A DNA stretch of 64,000 nt. It comes from Microthyrium microscopicum (taxonomy: Eukaryota). The notes below the pieces were generated by a model. It was not told the DNA's origin. It saw only the letters and a program-made list of their open reading frames with translations, and made no database searches. The DNA lies in NCBI GenBank assembly GCA_010405405.1, contig MU004243.1, forward strand, positions 429,340 to 493,339. Reading direction: 5' to 3'. Below, one piece after another: positions 1-11,741 of this stretch (position 1 is its first letter; every line of letters starts with the position of its first letter). The translations under genes and the position numbers were made by a program.

Positions 1-701
1 TACATTTTTTTGGGCAGACAATCAATCTCGCTGATCTAGCTGTATGAGCAGTTATGCTGATGCTCATTTTGGTCAATCAACTTTTTTATCAATCACTGGT
101 GCCTATCAGCCAAAGCGTTGGACTTTCAGCCTATTTACGAATAGCAAGTTGGCCCACCCGCCGTTGAGTTGCACGCTACCCTTTTTCTTTAAAACTGAGA
201 CCTGCTTTGTGGTCGTGGCACACAGTATACTTGATTGCTTCAGCCAGCCAGTTTCTTGCAACCCTTTCATATTCATTATGGTCGGTCGTTCCAACCAAGC
301 AAGTCACCGCAGCCTGTCGAATACAATGTGAAATCGTGGCTCCTTTTAGCAGACTCGTTGTTATCTGATCGTTAACTTGAGGCACCTCAAATCTCGGCAG
401 AGGAATTCAAGTATGTTCGTGGGCATTGCGGTTTCGTGAGCACCTTTGAGGACGAATCTGGTTTGCGATCTATTGAAGAGCTGCTAAAGACCATTCCTAC
501 TGTTCAAGACATGGTTCCGGTTTGAGCTAAGGTAATAATCTCATCGTGTGCGACTTTGTAAGAAGTAATTTCCCTATTTAGAGCTAGAGTTCAGTTATAA
601 CAGCTTTCATATGCTTGGCAATGCAGTGTCACTCTTATCATTGTTCGGGCTACTTTGCAGACAGCAGCTGAAAACTTCTCGAAAACTACAGGGCGCAGCA
701 A

Positions 702-2706
702 TCAAGCCGAGTTCAACAATGCATCCAAGACAGCCGGCATACCACTCTCCACCTTCTTAACCACTTCGGGCAACATCTCTGTCAACTCCTTCGCACTTCC
801 TGTCCTCACAGCCCATAGCTCACCTCCCGCAGCAGCCTTCGCAATGCCTCCATAATCTGGGCTTGGATCGAAATCAAGATTCATATCCTTCCTCGAAGCC
901 TTACTCGCCATGCCTTCTGGATGTACCAACAACAACGAGCGCCTTGGTGCATGCCAGCCCTTGTTGTTCAATACCACCGTCAGCACAGGAATTTTGTACC
1001 TTCTTGCAATCCAGTAGACGCTGCCGGGCACACTGAACAAATACGAGCCATCGCCAACGATCTGGCACACAAAGCGAGGACGCTCAGATGCCTTCATAGA
1101 GGCAAGTTTGATACCGAGAGCTGCGCCGCCGCTCCAGCCAAGACCGCCGCCGCCACAGTTGAGCCAAGTGCCGGGGAGGGTGCATTGGAGTTGGTCGGCG
1201 CAGACAAGAGTTTGGGTGACGGCTTCGATGACCCATATTGTGTCCTTTGGAAGATGTTGGCGTAGCTGGGCGACTAAGAAAGGTGTGTCGTAGGTGTCAT
1301 TGTCAGTAGGTTTGGCGACGTCGGATATGCTGGTCAACAGAGCTTTGTAAGAATTGTCGCGGGCTTGACGACGCTCCGAGTAAGCGGAGGATGATAGGGT
1401 GGTAGTGAAGGAGCTCTCGGATTTGATGTAGGAGGTGATTTGGTTGATGGAAGCGGCGGCATCGGCCTTGTAGCGAGCGAGTGCGTTGATATAGAAGACT
1501 GGCTGTTGCTGTTTCAGCGGATCGACGTCGATGTGGTAGATTTTTGCATCGCTGTTTGGTATATTTTGGGTATTGATCCAGGGGACGTCGCAGTCAAGGA
1601 CGAGGATGACATCGGCTGTGGTGATAGACTTGTCTACACTGAATCGTGTACTGAGCCAGCCCCTGCGAGTAAATGTTAGTGATGATGTGGGTTGATGGCC
1701 AGTGGACTTACGGGTGATCAGCTGGGAAACACATATCGCAGCCACCAGTATCCAGGACTCGAAGTCCTGATATAGTATCGGCGAGTTTGACTAGCTCGCA
1801 AGGGCAGGACTGATCTCGACCAGAATAGCCAGTTACAATCAATGGCTCTTTTGCATTCACCAAAGCCTCCGCAATCATCTTCACTGCAGATATGGGTAAA
1901 GCACCAGATACAACTGGTGTCCAGTACCGTTGATCAAGTTTGTATGGCTTAATGTCCTCTTCCATCGGCTCTCGAGCGCCATACAAATATACTGGACCTT
2001 TAGGATCGCTCATGGCAAAGCTCAGCGCCCGATTCACCATTTGCTAGCACGATCATTATGGTGATCTGTGAATAAGTACAAGGCCAGACTTACCTTGACA
2101 TTCTTTCCACTCTTGATCTCTCCAGTATATCTGCAATACTGAGCGACTATCTGCTTTTGATCGGGAACATCTTGAATCCAGTGAATGAACTCTGTTCGAC
2201 TACCACGCATCTCACCCTCGATCGTGAAAGGTGACAGCCCAGCAAATACGAGGACTGGTGCCCTGCCACAAGAAGCGTTATGCATGGCTGCTCCCAAGCC
2301 TTGAGTACCGACATCGACGTGAACTATCACACACTGTGGCTTGCCAGTGACTCGAGCATATCCGTCGGCCATGGACATAGCAACCATCTAGACTAACTTC
2401 AGCATACATCATGAAAACGAACGTACCGCCTACCTCATTTGGACAAGTGATGATTTCTGGGAACTCGCCTTTTTTCTCACTTTGGCCCTTAACCATGGCC
2501 TCGATTATACTAGGATGGTCTGAGCCGAGATTGACTAGATGAATGATGAGTTTCACAACAGTGGTAAGAGTTCGACATTATATTACCGAAGCAATGGGTA
2601 ATCCCAGCCTCCCAAAGAGCTTCATAGAACGCATATGAAGCTGTATATGACCTGTGTATACTTAGTTTTGATTATTGTCTCTCAAGGGATACCAAGGAAC
2701 TCACAT
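702..2706 (-). CDS. Thiamine pyrophosphate-dependent enzyme (acetolactate synthase / decarboxylase-like family), 6 exons
   Basis: Spliced N-terminus MSYTASYAFYEALWEAGITHCF-VNLGSDHP..CPNE-MVAMSMADGYARVTGKPQ..HVDVGTQGLG. TPP-binding motif GDGSYLF..NNKGW. Introns at about 2704-2652, 2586-2535, 2433-2388, 2093-2046 and 1711-1663. Confidence 0.9.
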
Positions 2707-3709
2707 TGCGATATGCTCTACCAATCACAACGAGTTGTAATTGAAGTCAAATAGTCCAGGCAGTGACGAATTCAGCGAGTCAAGAGAATGAACAATAACA
2801 AACACACAAAGCCCCGCTTGTCTATTATTTATACTTGGGTCCCTGTTTGGTGGATCTATACACATGTTTGCGTGTCCCGCTTGTAGCCGTGTACTGGGCG
2901 ATTAATGTCGCCTCCACCCCATGACTGGGCACTCGGCCAATAATTTTCAGTTGACTGGCGATTGAACACCTCCACTGGCCGTTGGAATATGGGCTACCTC
3001 ATGGCAACCAAAAGGTTAGAATAGGGTCTCTGATGTTAAAATGTATTAGCAGTTTGCATGAGTACCGTACTCCCATCGTCTACCACAACACTTCTTAAAG
3101 AGTGACCACTGTATTCCATCGCATTCAATATCCTTATTTGAGTTTACGCATATCATGGCAAATAATGCACTCGATCAATCGCGCATTATATGGTGGACAT
3201 CATAGCTGGTGGGAGTAAACTTCGAAACATGACTCGAGTGGTTCAACGGCCAGTGACCGAAAAATGGGTTATGACCTGAAGCGAAAACTCGATTTCAGGT
3301 CGAAAACATCAATTTATATCGCACTCGATGATTCCGCAAGAATCTAACGCACTCGATGAGTACTAGAGCCGTTCACATTTAGCAGCTGTCGTGGCAGACA
3401 TCGTGACCGATGGGAGTCCTATAAAACAGGATGCATTATTTATAGACCAGTGGTTCGCTAAATTTGACTTGATTTTCCGTTCATCCTACCCAATGCAATC
3501 GCAATGCTCCTGAATGTGTGTATACATTTATAGTACAGACAATGGTAGAAATAGTAAATTGGAGAGGATCTCAGTTTCGGAGAAAAGAGCTGTGACCAAA
3601 CCGAGGCGACCGCTAGTCGCTTTCAGTTGCCGAGCTATTATCAGATGAGGTTCGTCCATTCCTAGAATAGACATTAGAAAGCTAAGAGAAAAGAGAGAGT
3701 ATATTGATC

Positions 3710-6700
3710 TTACTTGTTCTGGTTACAGACACTGGCAAAGTGTGCTGCTTCTGAAGGACTAGGGAACGTAACCATATAAGTCTCGAGTCCACCTCCCTGT
3801 TGTGGTACCGCGAACTGAACGCGCTTATCTTGTGCAGCAACCTGCTTGTACTCGACACCGGCAAACAGATTACAATTTATGGCAATTCTTCCCGACGGCG
3901 ATACCTTCATAAGGATACTACATTCCCCAGAACTCTCGTTTTGCCGAATTAGTAAGGGGCCTTGGCCAACAGAAGGCCATGCTCCAGCTGGGGCAACTCG
4001 TTTGGCAGCATCGGGCTCAAAGCGCCGCGCTTTAACCTTTCCAAATAGCTCTATCTGGCTGTGGCCGACTAAGTCGAGTTTGAAATTGGCAAGATCCGTG
4101 TTCTCAGCTTCGCTGACTGCACTCTCAGCCGCACTATCGGCTGCACTGTCGGCGGCGCTGTCTTCATTGCCTGGACTACCTTGAGATGTCGGAGTTTCAG
4201 AGACCTGCTGCACAGGAGTTTTCCACGTCGGGAAATTTTTGGCGACCAGTCGGTCCATCACTGCCTGAGAGTTTTCGATTGAAACAGGCTGACCTCCTTC
4301 TGCATCATCTTCCGCCTCCTCATCATTCTTTTCCTCCTCTTGTTCGACTGGCTGCTGAGAAAAGGAGAAGAACGGTTTTGCGGTAGGTCGAGGGCCGCTT
4401 AGTACTGAAACATCAGACTCTGCAGGCGAGGCGGCAGCGGTGGGAGAACCAGCAGGCGAGATGCTGGGAGGTGATGGTGCAATGGGTTGGTCCAATAAAT
4501 CTTTAACCATTCTAGCAGTTGCCGAAGCTGCCTTCGTGGGTGTCTCCACAGAGGATTTCGGCGTCCCGGAAGACGCCCCGAAAGAGAATTTTGGTGTCTC
4601 AGACGCAGGTAGGAATAGATCAGCTTTCGTCTTCTTTGATGCGACTTGTGAGTCTGAAGGCGCCTCGACTGCTGGGCGTTTAGCTGGGCGCAGACCTTCA
4701 TTATGGGATGCTTTCCCATTCGGCAATGAGCCTGTCTTCGCCTCGTATTCGCGCAAAATAGTCTCCCACAATTCGATGTAGCTAGCACAACTTTTGACAA
4801 AACTAAAGTCGCATACACCGGACTTGGACGTATCGACTGATTGGGCACTAGCCAAGAAAGACTTGTTGAGCCTCTTCGTTCGGACCTTCATCTCAACCCA
4901 GGGATTATTGATGTGCTCCAGATTCAGCGCGCCTGGATTGGCCGGTGGCACAAGTGGAGCAAAGATGCACTCACGTTGTGAAGGAGTGGCATATCCGGAG
5001 ATATTGAGGAAGGCATGAGGTGCAGATGGATCAAGGGTAACAGACTTCGTCGCACTGCCCATCGTAAAACCCTTTGGGCTTCCCGGAGGAGAAGTGCTTT
5101 CAGATGCTGCTGCTGCTGATTTCGGCGCTGAAAGTGCCACCGGAGATGCTAGCGGAGCGGCTGATTGTGAGGCCGTCTTAGAAAACGGTTGAAAAGGGGC
5201 AGGTGATGCCGCTGCAGAAAATAGAGTGGCTGGTCCTGCAGTTGATGAAGGAGTTGCTGGTGGTGGAGCAAAATAAAATGTCTTTGGTGGAGTGGGCGGT
5301 GGAAACGAGAATGAGGGTGTCGACTTTGATGGAGTTGGTTGAGCTGTAAAATTGATACTCTGTGGTTGTAAAGGCTTGCTTGACTGGGTGTCTTGCGATC
5401 CCGAGACTTGAGACGTTGGCGCCGAACTCTGTATGGACTGCGGAGGTTGAGAAGACGGGGACGATGGAGCGAATTTGAAGATATTTTGAGTTGGGGTTGA
5501 TGCTTTGTGCGCTGAATCGGACGACGATGTATTGAAGATGCTTGTGGAAGGAGCAGTAGAGGTGGTTGGAGGAATTGTAGTTGTTGAGGAAGGAGCAAAG
5601 TTGAAAAGGGAGGGTGCCGCTTGAGTTGTTGCAGTCTTGGCAGGAGTGGTAGAATCTGTAGCAGTGGTTGAGCCAAAGTTGAATGAATTACCATTGGTAG
5701 CTGGCTTGGCCATTGAGCCGAATATGTTTGTAGCCGGTGGGACAATGGCATCACTCTTTGCGCCAAACAACGGAGGAGTCTCTTTCGATGAGCTGAACAT
5801 GTTGGTACTGGTCGAGGCAGCAGGCTTCGATCCAAATGTGAACGGAGAGTTAATTGCTGGCGCAGCTTGAACTTATTAGCATAATATTCTAAAGAAAACT
5901 CAAACATCTCGCAGCCAATTGTGGTGACCAATAACTTGTTGCCATGCAAGCATGCTTCTATCAGCTGCAAAATAACTTCGACATATCCAAGATGACTTGT
6001 TTGCAATTATATGCAGTGACTTGGATAAAAGTCATGTATATAATGTCAGTTTATGTCATTACGATAAGCGAAAATAGAGCAGCAGTCAATAGAAGCACGC
6101 TGAGCATGTGATCTAACCACTCAACTGGGCAAAGAATTGCGGTAAAGACGTACCTTGATCCTGCTGGGTTTGCTCCTTTGCTTGCGCTGGGGCACCAAAA
6201 TTGAATGGCGAGGTCGAAGGTTGAGCATTCAAGTTGCTATTGTTGGTTGGCGGAAAGCTTGAGGAGGAAGCAAAATTGAACGGGTTCGTCGCCGCAGGCT
6301 GCGATGCCGTTGTCGAAGATCCAAATCCGAATGGGTTGCCGAAACCATTCGACGTCGTAGCTTGCGCTTGCTGATTATCCTGTTTAGAGCCCATGAGATT
6401 AAAGCCCGTCGATGGAGCTGCTTGCGCAGACTGATTTTCTTGCTTTGCGCCGCCAAATGAAAAGCCCATTGAGGGAGCTGAGGGAGCCGGCTGACCTGCT
6501 TGCTGTGAACCACCAAAGGAAAAGCCCAGTGAAGGGGTTGCTTGCGCTGGCTGGTTTTCGTGGTTTGGCGCGCTAAAACCAAAGCCTGACCCAAATCCCG
6601 TGGAAGGTGCTGTCTGCGCTTGCTGGCCGTTCGCATTCGTGGAATTGAATCCAAAGGATGGGGTAAGGTTAAATGTAGACGCGGCGCTCGAAAGGGATGG

Positions 6701-6978
6701 TGATCTATATACATTAGTTGAGCAACTTTTTGCATTCAAGGATGCTTACTGCGCCGATGGGGAGTGTTGACGACCTCGCGGTAGAGATTTGATTCTGTGA
6801 ACGAGTCAGTAATTGATAACTTTAGTAGCGCATATGCGCCATCATCAGGATAGGAAGGTACTCACTTCCGCTTGGCTAGTTGCGCTGCCGTGGCACGCGA
6901 AGGAGTGTCGTTGTTCATGGTTCGGGAGTCCTCAGGACCGTCCTTGATCAACTGAACATCCGCCGAGCGTTTCGACAT
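3710..6978 (-). CDS. NUP2: Nucleoporin Nup2/Nup50 family (N-terminal NUP50 motif, FxFG repeats, C-terminal Ran-binding domain)
   Basis: ATG at 6978 gives MSKRSADVQLIKDG..RATAAQLAKRKI (importin-alpha-binding NUP50 motif). Many FSFG/FNFG repeats. C-terminal RanBD (WPSVGQGPLLIRQNESSGECSILMK..GRIAIN). Three introns, the third about 280-290 nt. Confidence 0.85.
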
Positions 6979-7724
6979 GTCGAAGACAATTGGACACCAG
7001 TTCTAGCACCAGAGTACCCAAGGTCAAGGCCGAGGCCAACAGATGTCGATAACTCGATGCAAACTCGTCGCGACGGCTAGGTGCAGATCATGCGCAACGA
7101 TGTCGTGGTAAGTATTTAACGCGTTGGACGTGTAGTAGGAGTCGAGATAAGGGACGATGGTCAGGAGCAACGTAGCAGATGACGGTGATAGTGGGAAGTA
7201 TGTGTTTAAAAGTAGAGATGGTTGGAACCAGAAAGTTTTGGTGTTGTGGAGTTAAGCAATGTTGGGAGTGAAGTTGCTCCTGAGGTGCACGCACGACATG
7301 TGGGCAAGGCACTATTAACTGCTGCCTCAGGCTTTCATATAGTGCATTTTCAAATCTCCAAGTATGTATGCGATGACCATGAAGACATCGGAGCACCAGG
7401 GTGATGCTCACCAGATTTACGAATGAAATGATTCCTGAGTGAATCGACTGATAAAATGGACGGCACGTTTCCACCGGCGCCGATCGCTCCCCCAACGCTG
7501 TTAAAGAAGAGATGCCGGATTTTTCATCGATCGTGTCTCATAACAATTTAACAGTGAAACGCAAAGCACGCGATGTAGGAACGTAGCACATGGAAGCCAG
7601 CGAGGCTGATAGGAGCACGCCACTTATTTGGTTATTGCGTTGGGAGCTGTCAAGGCCAGAAGATGAAATTGAGTACTCAAGAGAGCCACTGGCAATGAAA
7701 ACATTTATGTCTCTGTATGCCCAT

Positions 7725-8874
7725 TCACAAGCTTTGAATCTGAACCTTGATAGCTCCAGTCTTTGCATCCGCCGCCGTCTTGAAAGCCTCCACCGCATCC
7801 TCCAACTGGAATCTGTGAGTTACCAATTTCTTCAAGTCCACCAGCCCACTGCTCAGCAACCGAATAGCTCTAGGCCAAGTGTTGCTATATCGATATTGAA
7901 ATTTCAAATCGACTTCTCTAGTACTCAGCCGCATAAACGGGATCTTGATCTCATTCTTCCCAACACCAATGACAAACACTGTACCTCCAAACTTGACTGC
8001 TTGGATAGCTCCAGCGATGCTCGACTCGACGCCAGTACACTCCATAGCAATAGCAGGCTCTTGTCCATCCATGGCCTCCACTACACGTGCAGCAAAGTCC
8101 TCTGCTGATTCTCCGATGTTGACCTTGATGGGCCGAACCCCTGCTATCGTCTCTTTTGCAAACGCAAGTCTTCCTTCGTCAATGTCCGTAATCACTAATG
8201 GCTCGCATCCCGCCGCCCGCGCACATAGCGCCGTCACAAGACCAATTGGACCTGCTCCGCACACGATGACGGGATCGCCTAGTTGGAGATTGGCACGATG
8301 GATGCCCGCCAGTGCCACGCTGAGTGGCTCCAGCATTGCTCCATCCTCGTAAGTGAGGTTCTCGGGGAGCTTATGGCACCAAACAGCTGGATGGTTGACA
8401 TAGCGTCGTAACAAACCAGGCACAGGCGGAGTGCTCAGGAAGTCAACGTTTGGGCAACCGTTGTAGCGGCCGACGAGGCAGGGCTCGCAGGCAAAGCAGG
8501 GAATGTTTGGCTCAATGGCTACGCGATCGCCAACACTGAGGTCCTTGACGGAGGAGTGAACTGCGATGATCTGTCCAGCTGATTCATGGCCTAGAATATG
8601 GTCGGCCTCGACTATCATAGGCCCAATGCATCCAGCATGCCAAAAGTGCACATCAGAGCTTCTCTTTGTTAGTGACTGTAGTTCAGTGAAATTGATGATA
8701 AACCAACCCACAAATCCCTGTGCTCTTGATTGCAATTGTCACTTCGCCAGGCTTGAGAGTATCTCCATTCTGAAGGGATTCAATGCTTGGTTCTGCGGGG
8801 GCAATCCAGAGGTCATGCGCTGGATTGGTATAGACGCCGATGTTTGGCTTTTCGATTGTGACTTTAGTAGCCAT
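7725..8874 (-). CDS. lad1: L-arabinitol 4-dehydrogenase (Zn-dependent medium-chain dehydrogenase), 2 exons
   Basis: [44 protein letters not shown], structural Zn CxxCxxC..C, GAGPIG, and C-terminal [25 protein letters not shown] typical of fungal LAD. Confidence 0.9.
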
Positions 8875-9366
8875 CGTTTAATGTCTGAAAGCGTGGAGGT
8901 GGAATGATATTGTTTTCAAAATAAGGTTGATACGAAGAAGTACAAGTTCAAAGCTCTATGATCAAATGTTTGATGTGTTGTCTTCCGATGGCGGGGAACT
9001 CTACACAAGACTACTTAAGTCCAGAGGCTCCAGGCACTGGATATGTACATTCACGATTCATGATCTCAGACTCGCTGCACCTAGGAGCAGGACTGCACTT
9101 ACGCTTTCAGCCATTGCTGATGATTCTTTTTGAATTGGAGAGCCTACTATTCCTTCAGCTTACCCCGGTGCAGCATACTGCCTTGCGCGTTCGAGGATGC
9201 TGAGGAAATTCGCTGACATTGCGTCTACCATACTTTCTTGGAAATCAAAAAGGGTGTTGCCTGCGTAACTCACATCATCAGATGCAGCGTATTGGGAAAA
9301 CAAGGAACCAGGCCAGATTTCTTCGACCTCGCGGGTCTAGATAAATGCCTTCGTGTTCCTTCCACC

Positions 9367-10578
9367 TCACGAGGAGGGTAAAGGTCTACGAGTAGGCACT
9401 CGGAGAATTCCTTCAAGCTCTTCAACACGCTTGGCAGCTTTATCAAGTGATTCCTGCAATCTTGCGGTACTCTTCGCAGACTCTCTAAGCTTCGCGTCCT
9501 TCTCATCTAGTTCCCGGCGAAGCGTATCTTTGGACTGAAGAGTTTTTGCATTCAGTTGTCGGAGCTCGTTGTCTTTCTCTACGAGCGCTTGCTGCAGCTT
9601 TTGGTCCTTCTCTTCAAGCACCTGCTGCAGCTCTTTAGCTTTATCTTCTAGCGCTTTCTGCAGATCCGCGCAAACCCGTCCAGATTGCAGCAGTTCTCGG
9701 TCCTTACATTCAAGCTCATGTTGATGCGCCGATACCATTTCAGCAAGTTGGCGTTTTAGATCGTTGGTCTCCTCCTGGTGGTTCTGCTTTTGTTGGTCGA
9801 GTTGCTCGTGTCGTAACAGACTACTTCGCCGTTCTGGATACGATGGTGGATACGATGGTGGTGGAGTTGGTGTAGAATATTGCGGTGGTTTTGATGTCGG
9901 AAACTCTACCATTGACCTAGGCGCATTGAACCCCGCTTGCGGCTGGCCATTTCTTTCAAATGTGCCTGGGTGCCTCGGACCTTGTGATGTAGTAACGCTT
10001 GTCCTTGAAGGAAGTGCCATAGAGTGAGGTCTTTGCCCTGGTCTCCTTACAGGTAGAGGCACGACGGCCCCGTTCTCGGACATCACGGATGCTCTGACAC
10101 TTGAGGTAGTGGAATTGGTGACTGAGAAGCCATTCGACTGAACTGGACTCCACTGGCTGCCAACAGCGCTGCGAGTAGTAGTAGGCTGATAAGGTGGGAA
10201 TCCGGGTATTAACGAGGATGGGATTGGTTCTTCACGCATTTCATTGATCTGGGGTAACTTGGGTTGACGATGTGAAGGAGATCCATACATGGACATCCGT
10301 GAAGATTCATAGGCGATATCTGGCGGCGCGCTGACTCTGTTGATTTTGAAGCTCGTGTCTGCATGGCTAGATTCCTGGACTGGCGAGACAGGCGCATTTC
10401 CGTAAAAGCGTGTTTCCCGTGGCTCTGTCTCAGAGGATTGCCTCCTCAAGTCGACGCTTGGTGTAGGAATGGTAGAAGTATCAACTTGAGTACTGTTGAG
10501 TTTGATTGGAGGCTGAGTAGCGCCGGACCGGCCCTTTTGGCTCTTTTGGCTCTTTTGGCTCTTCTGAAGCTTAGGCAT
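9367..10578 (-). CDS. Hypothetical protein: disordered S/P-rich N-terminus with C-terminal coiled coil
   Basis: 403-aa ORF. C-terminal heptad/EKD repeats (LEDKAKELQQVLEEKDQKLQQALVEKDNEL). No recognisable domain; ends uncertain. Confidence 0.6.
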   Translation of the reverse strand: MPKLQKSQKSQKSQKGRSGATQPPIKLNSTQVDTSTIPTPSVDLRRQSSETEPRETRFYGNAPVSPVQESSHADTSFKINRVSAPPDIAYESSRMSMYGSPSHRQPKLPQINEMREEPIPSSLIPGFPPYQPTTTRSAVGSQWSPVQSNGFSVTNSTTSSVRASVMSENGAVVPLPVRRPGQRPHSMALPSRTSVTTSQGPRHPGTFERNGQPQAGFNAPRSMVEFPTSKPPQYSTPTPPPSYPPSYPERRSSLLRHEQLDQQKQNHQEETNDLKRQLAEMVSAHQHELECKDRELLQSGRVCADLQKALEDKAKELQQVLEEKDQKLQQALVEKDNELRQLNAKTLQSKDTLRRELDEKDAKLRESAKSTARLQESLDKAAKRVEELEGILRVPTRRPLPSS

Positions 10579-10954
10579 GGCGGGATGTCGTTGATGTCAG
10601 CGGTAACCAGGCAAGAGATAGAGATCATCAACAAGATAGAGGGAGCGAATGACGAGTAGATTAGTATGTCTTGTCGTAGGAAGCGCGGTTGAGGATAGAT
10701 AAAGCTGTGAAGTCAACATATCCACCCTACCCAAGCGGAATCATAGGAATACTTTCACAGCCCATGACAAGCAGCTCTGCGGTCATTTCCCAGAAAATTA
10801 AGAGGGAAGTAATACCAGAAACTGGGCACAAAAGTTAACAGCAGGATCCTGGATTACAATCATGCAGGGTGACTGCCCCAAGGTAGTTGTTTGAAGAGCA
10901 TATGAGAGCCCATGTGTGATTGGCTACCGTAGCCTCTCCCATCAATGATAGCGT

Positions 10955-10966
10955 TATCACGTGATA
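10955..10966. promoter_or_regulatory. Perfect 12-bp palindrome TATCACGTGATA containing a CACGTG E-box, about 60 nt upstream of the RNase P RNA
   Basis: Seen directly. Followed by a TTTAAA element and a CT-rich tract. Function is inferred only. Confidence 0.35.
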
Positions 10967-11027
10967 TCGAAATCTCCCACTACCTTTAAAGATTCTTTTG
11001 ACTCAACCATCTTCTCTTTCTCCTCCC

Positions 11028-11460
11028 AAGCACCGTCCTCACCATCGCTGCGTTTCTTTGCTTCCAAACAGACAACCTGACTTCGGTCAAGTCAGTCCTA
11101 TACATCGCAAATGAGTAAATTCGGAGAAATCTTCAAAACACCGCTATACTCCGACCCATCTTTTTAGGACGTGAGCTCTGGCAACTGCCCGCGAGGGTCT
11201 GGCGCGAGAGCGTCTGCATGCGGCATCAGAAAACTCGGGGCAATACGTTTCATACAATACCAACGCCTTCATTTTTATGTTGGTGGAGAGTTGAGTTCTT
11301 GGCGTGTTTTTTGCAACCATGGAAGCTGCTGCGAAGATTGTATGTGCTACGGCATAAATACTTGAGTGCAATACGCAGCATGTTGGATATTTCTTGCTCA
11401 CTTGTGGGCGAGGATTGATGGCATAATTCGATTCCGATTATACTGGCGAGGACGGTGCTT
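11028..11460 (+). ncRNA. RPR1: Nuclear RNase P RNA
   Basis: P1 helix 11028-11044/11444-11460 (16 of 17 bp). P2 GCTGCGT 11047-11053/ACGCAGC 11373-11379. CR-I GAGTAAATTCGGAGAA 11113-11128; CR-II AGAAA 11228-11232; CR-III ATGGAA 11319-11324; CR-IV TTGAGTGCAAT 11362-11372; CR-V AATTCGATTCCGATTATAC, which pairs with CR-I (P4). UUCG/UACG-capped hairpins. Order and spacing match yeast RPR1. Confidence 0.93.
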
Positions 11461-11741
11461 CAATTTTTTTCATTCTCAGGTATGTGCTATCTACTGCTTT
11501 GCATCATTCAGTTTAGGATACTACTAATTTTCTTGTGTATATACAATGTTGCGATTTCTTGGTTGCGTGGTTAGAAGAACTTTGGTGGAATCCAGTAGGC
11601 CAGCCACAAATGCATCTTTAGTGTCGACAAGACCTCAGACTCAATTCCTATCATTCTCGTATTTACCATCCATTACGTGCCTCCCATCAAATACGATGAC
11701 TATCGTGTGATGCGCCATTTATCGAGTGCAACGGGAGTCGT

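Noticed and set aside
2535..2900. TPP riboswitch in the 5' introns of the TPP-enzyme gene
   Set aside because: Introns are only about 50 nt and no CTGAGA / CTTGAT..GATAAT..CAGCG.A.G aptamer motifs were found.
5149..6006. 285-aa alternative-frame ORF over NUP2
   Set aside because: Shadow frame of a low-complexity S/T/P-rich exon, with a TTG start inside the intron.
11144..11418. Short ORFs on both strands (64-85 aa)
   Set aside because: They overlap the RNase P RNA, have no coding features, and are explained by the ncRNA.
11028..11479. Telomerase RNA or RNase MRP identity for the structured RNA
   Set aside because: No telomeric template (TAACCCTAA) was seen and it is too short for a Pezizomycotina TER. 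It has the RNase P-specific CR-II/CR-III and an AATTCGG P4 rather than the MRP-type AGTCCCC.
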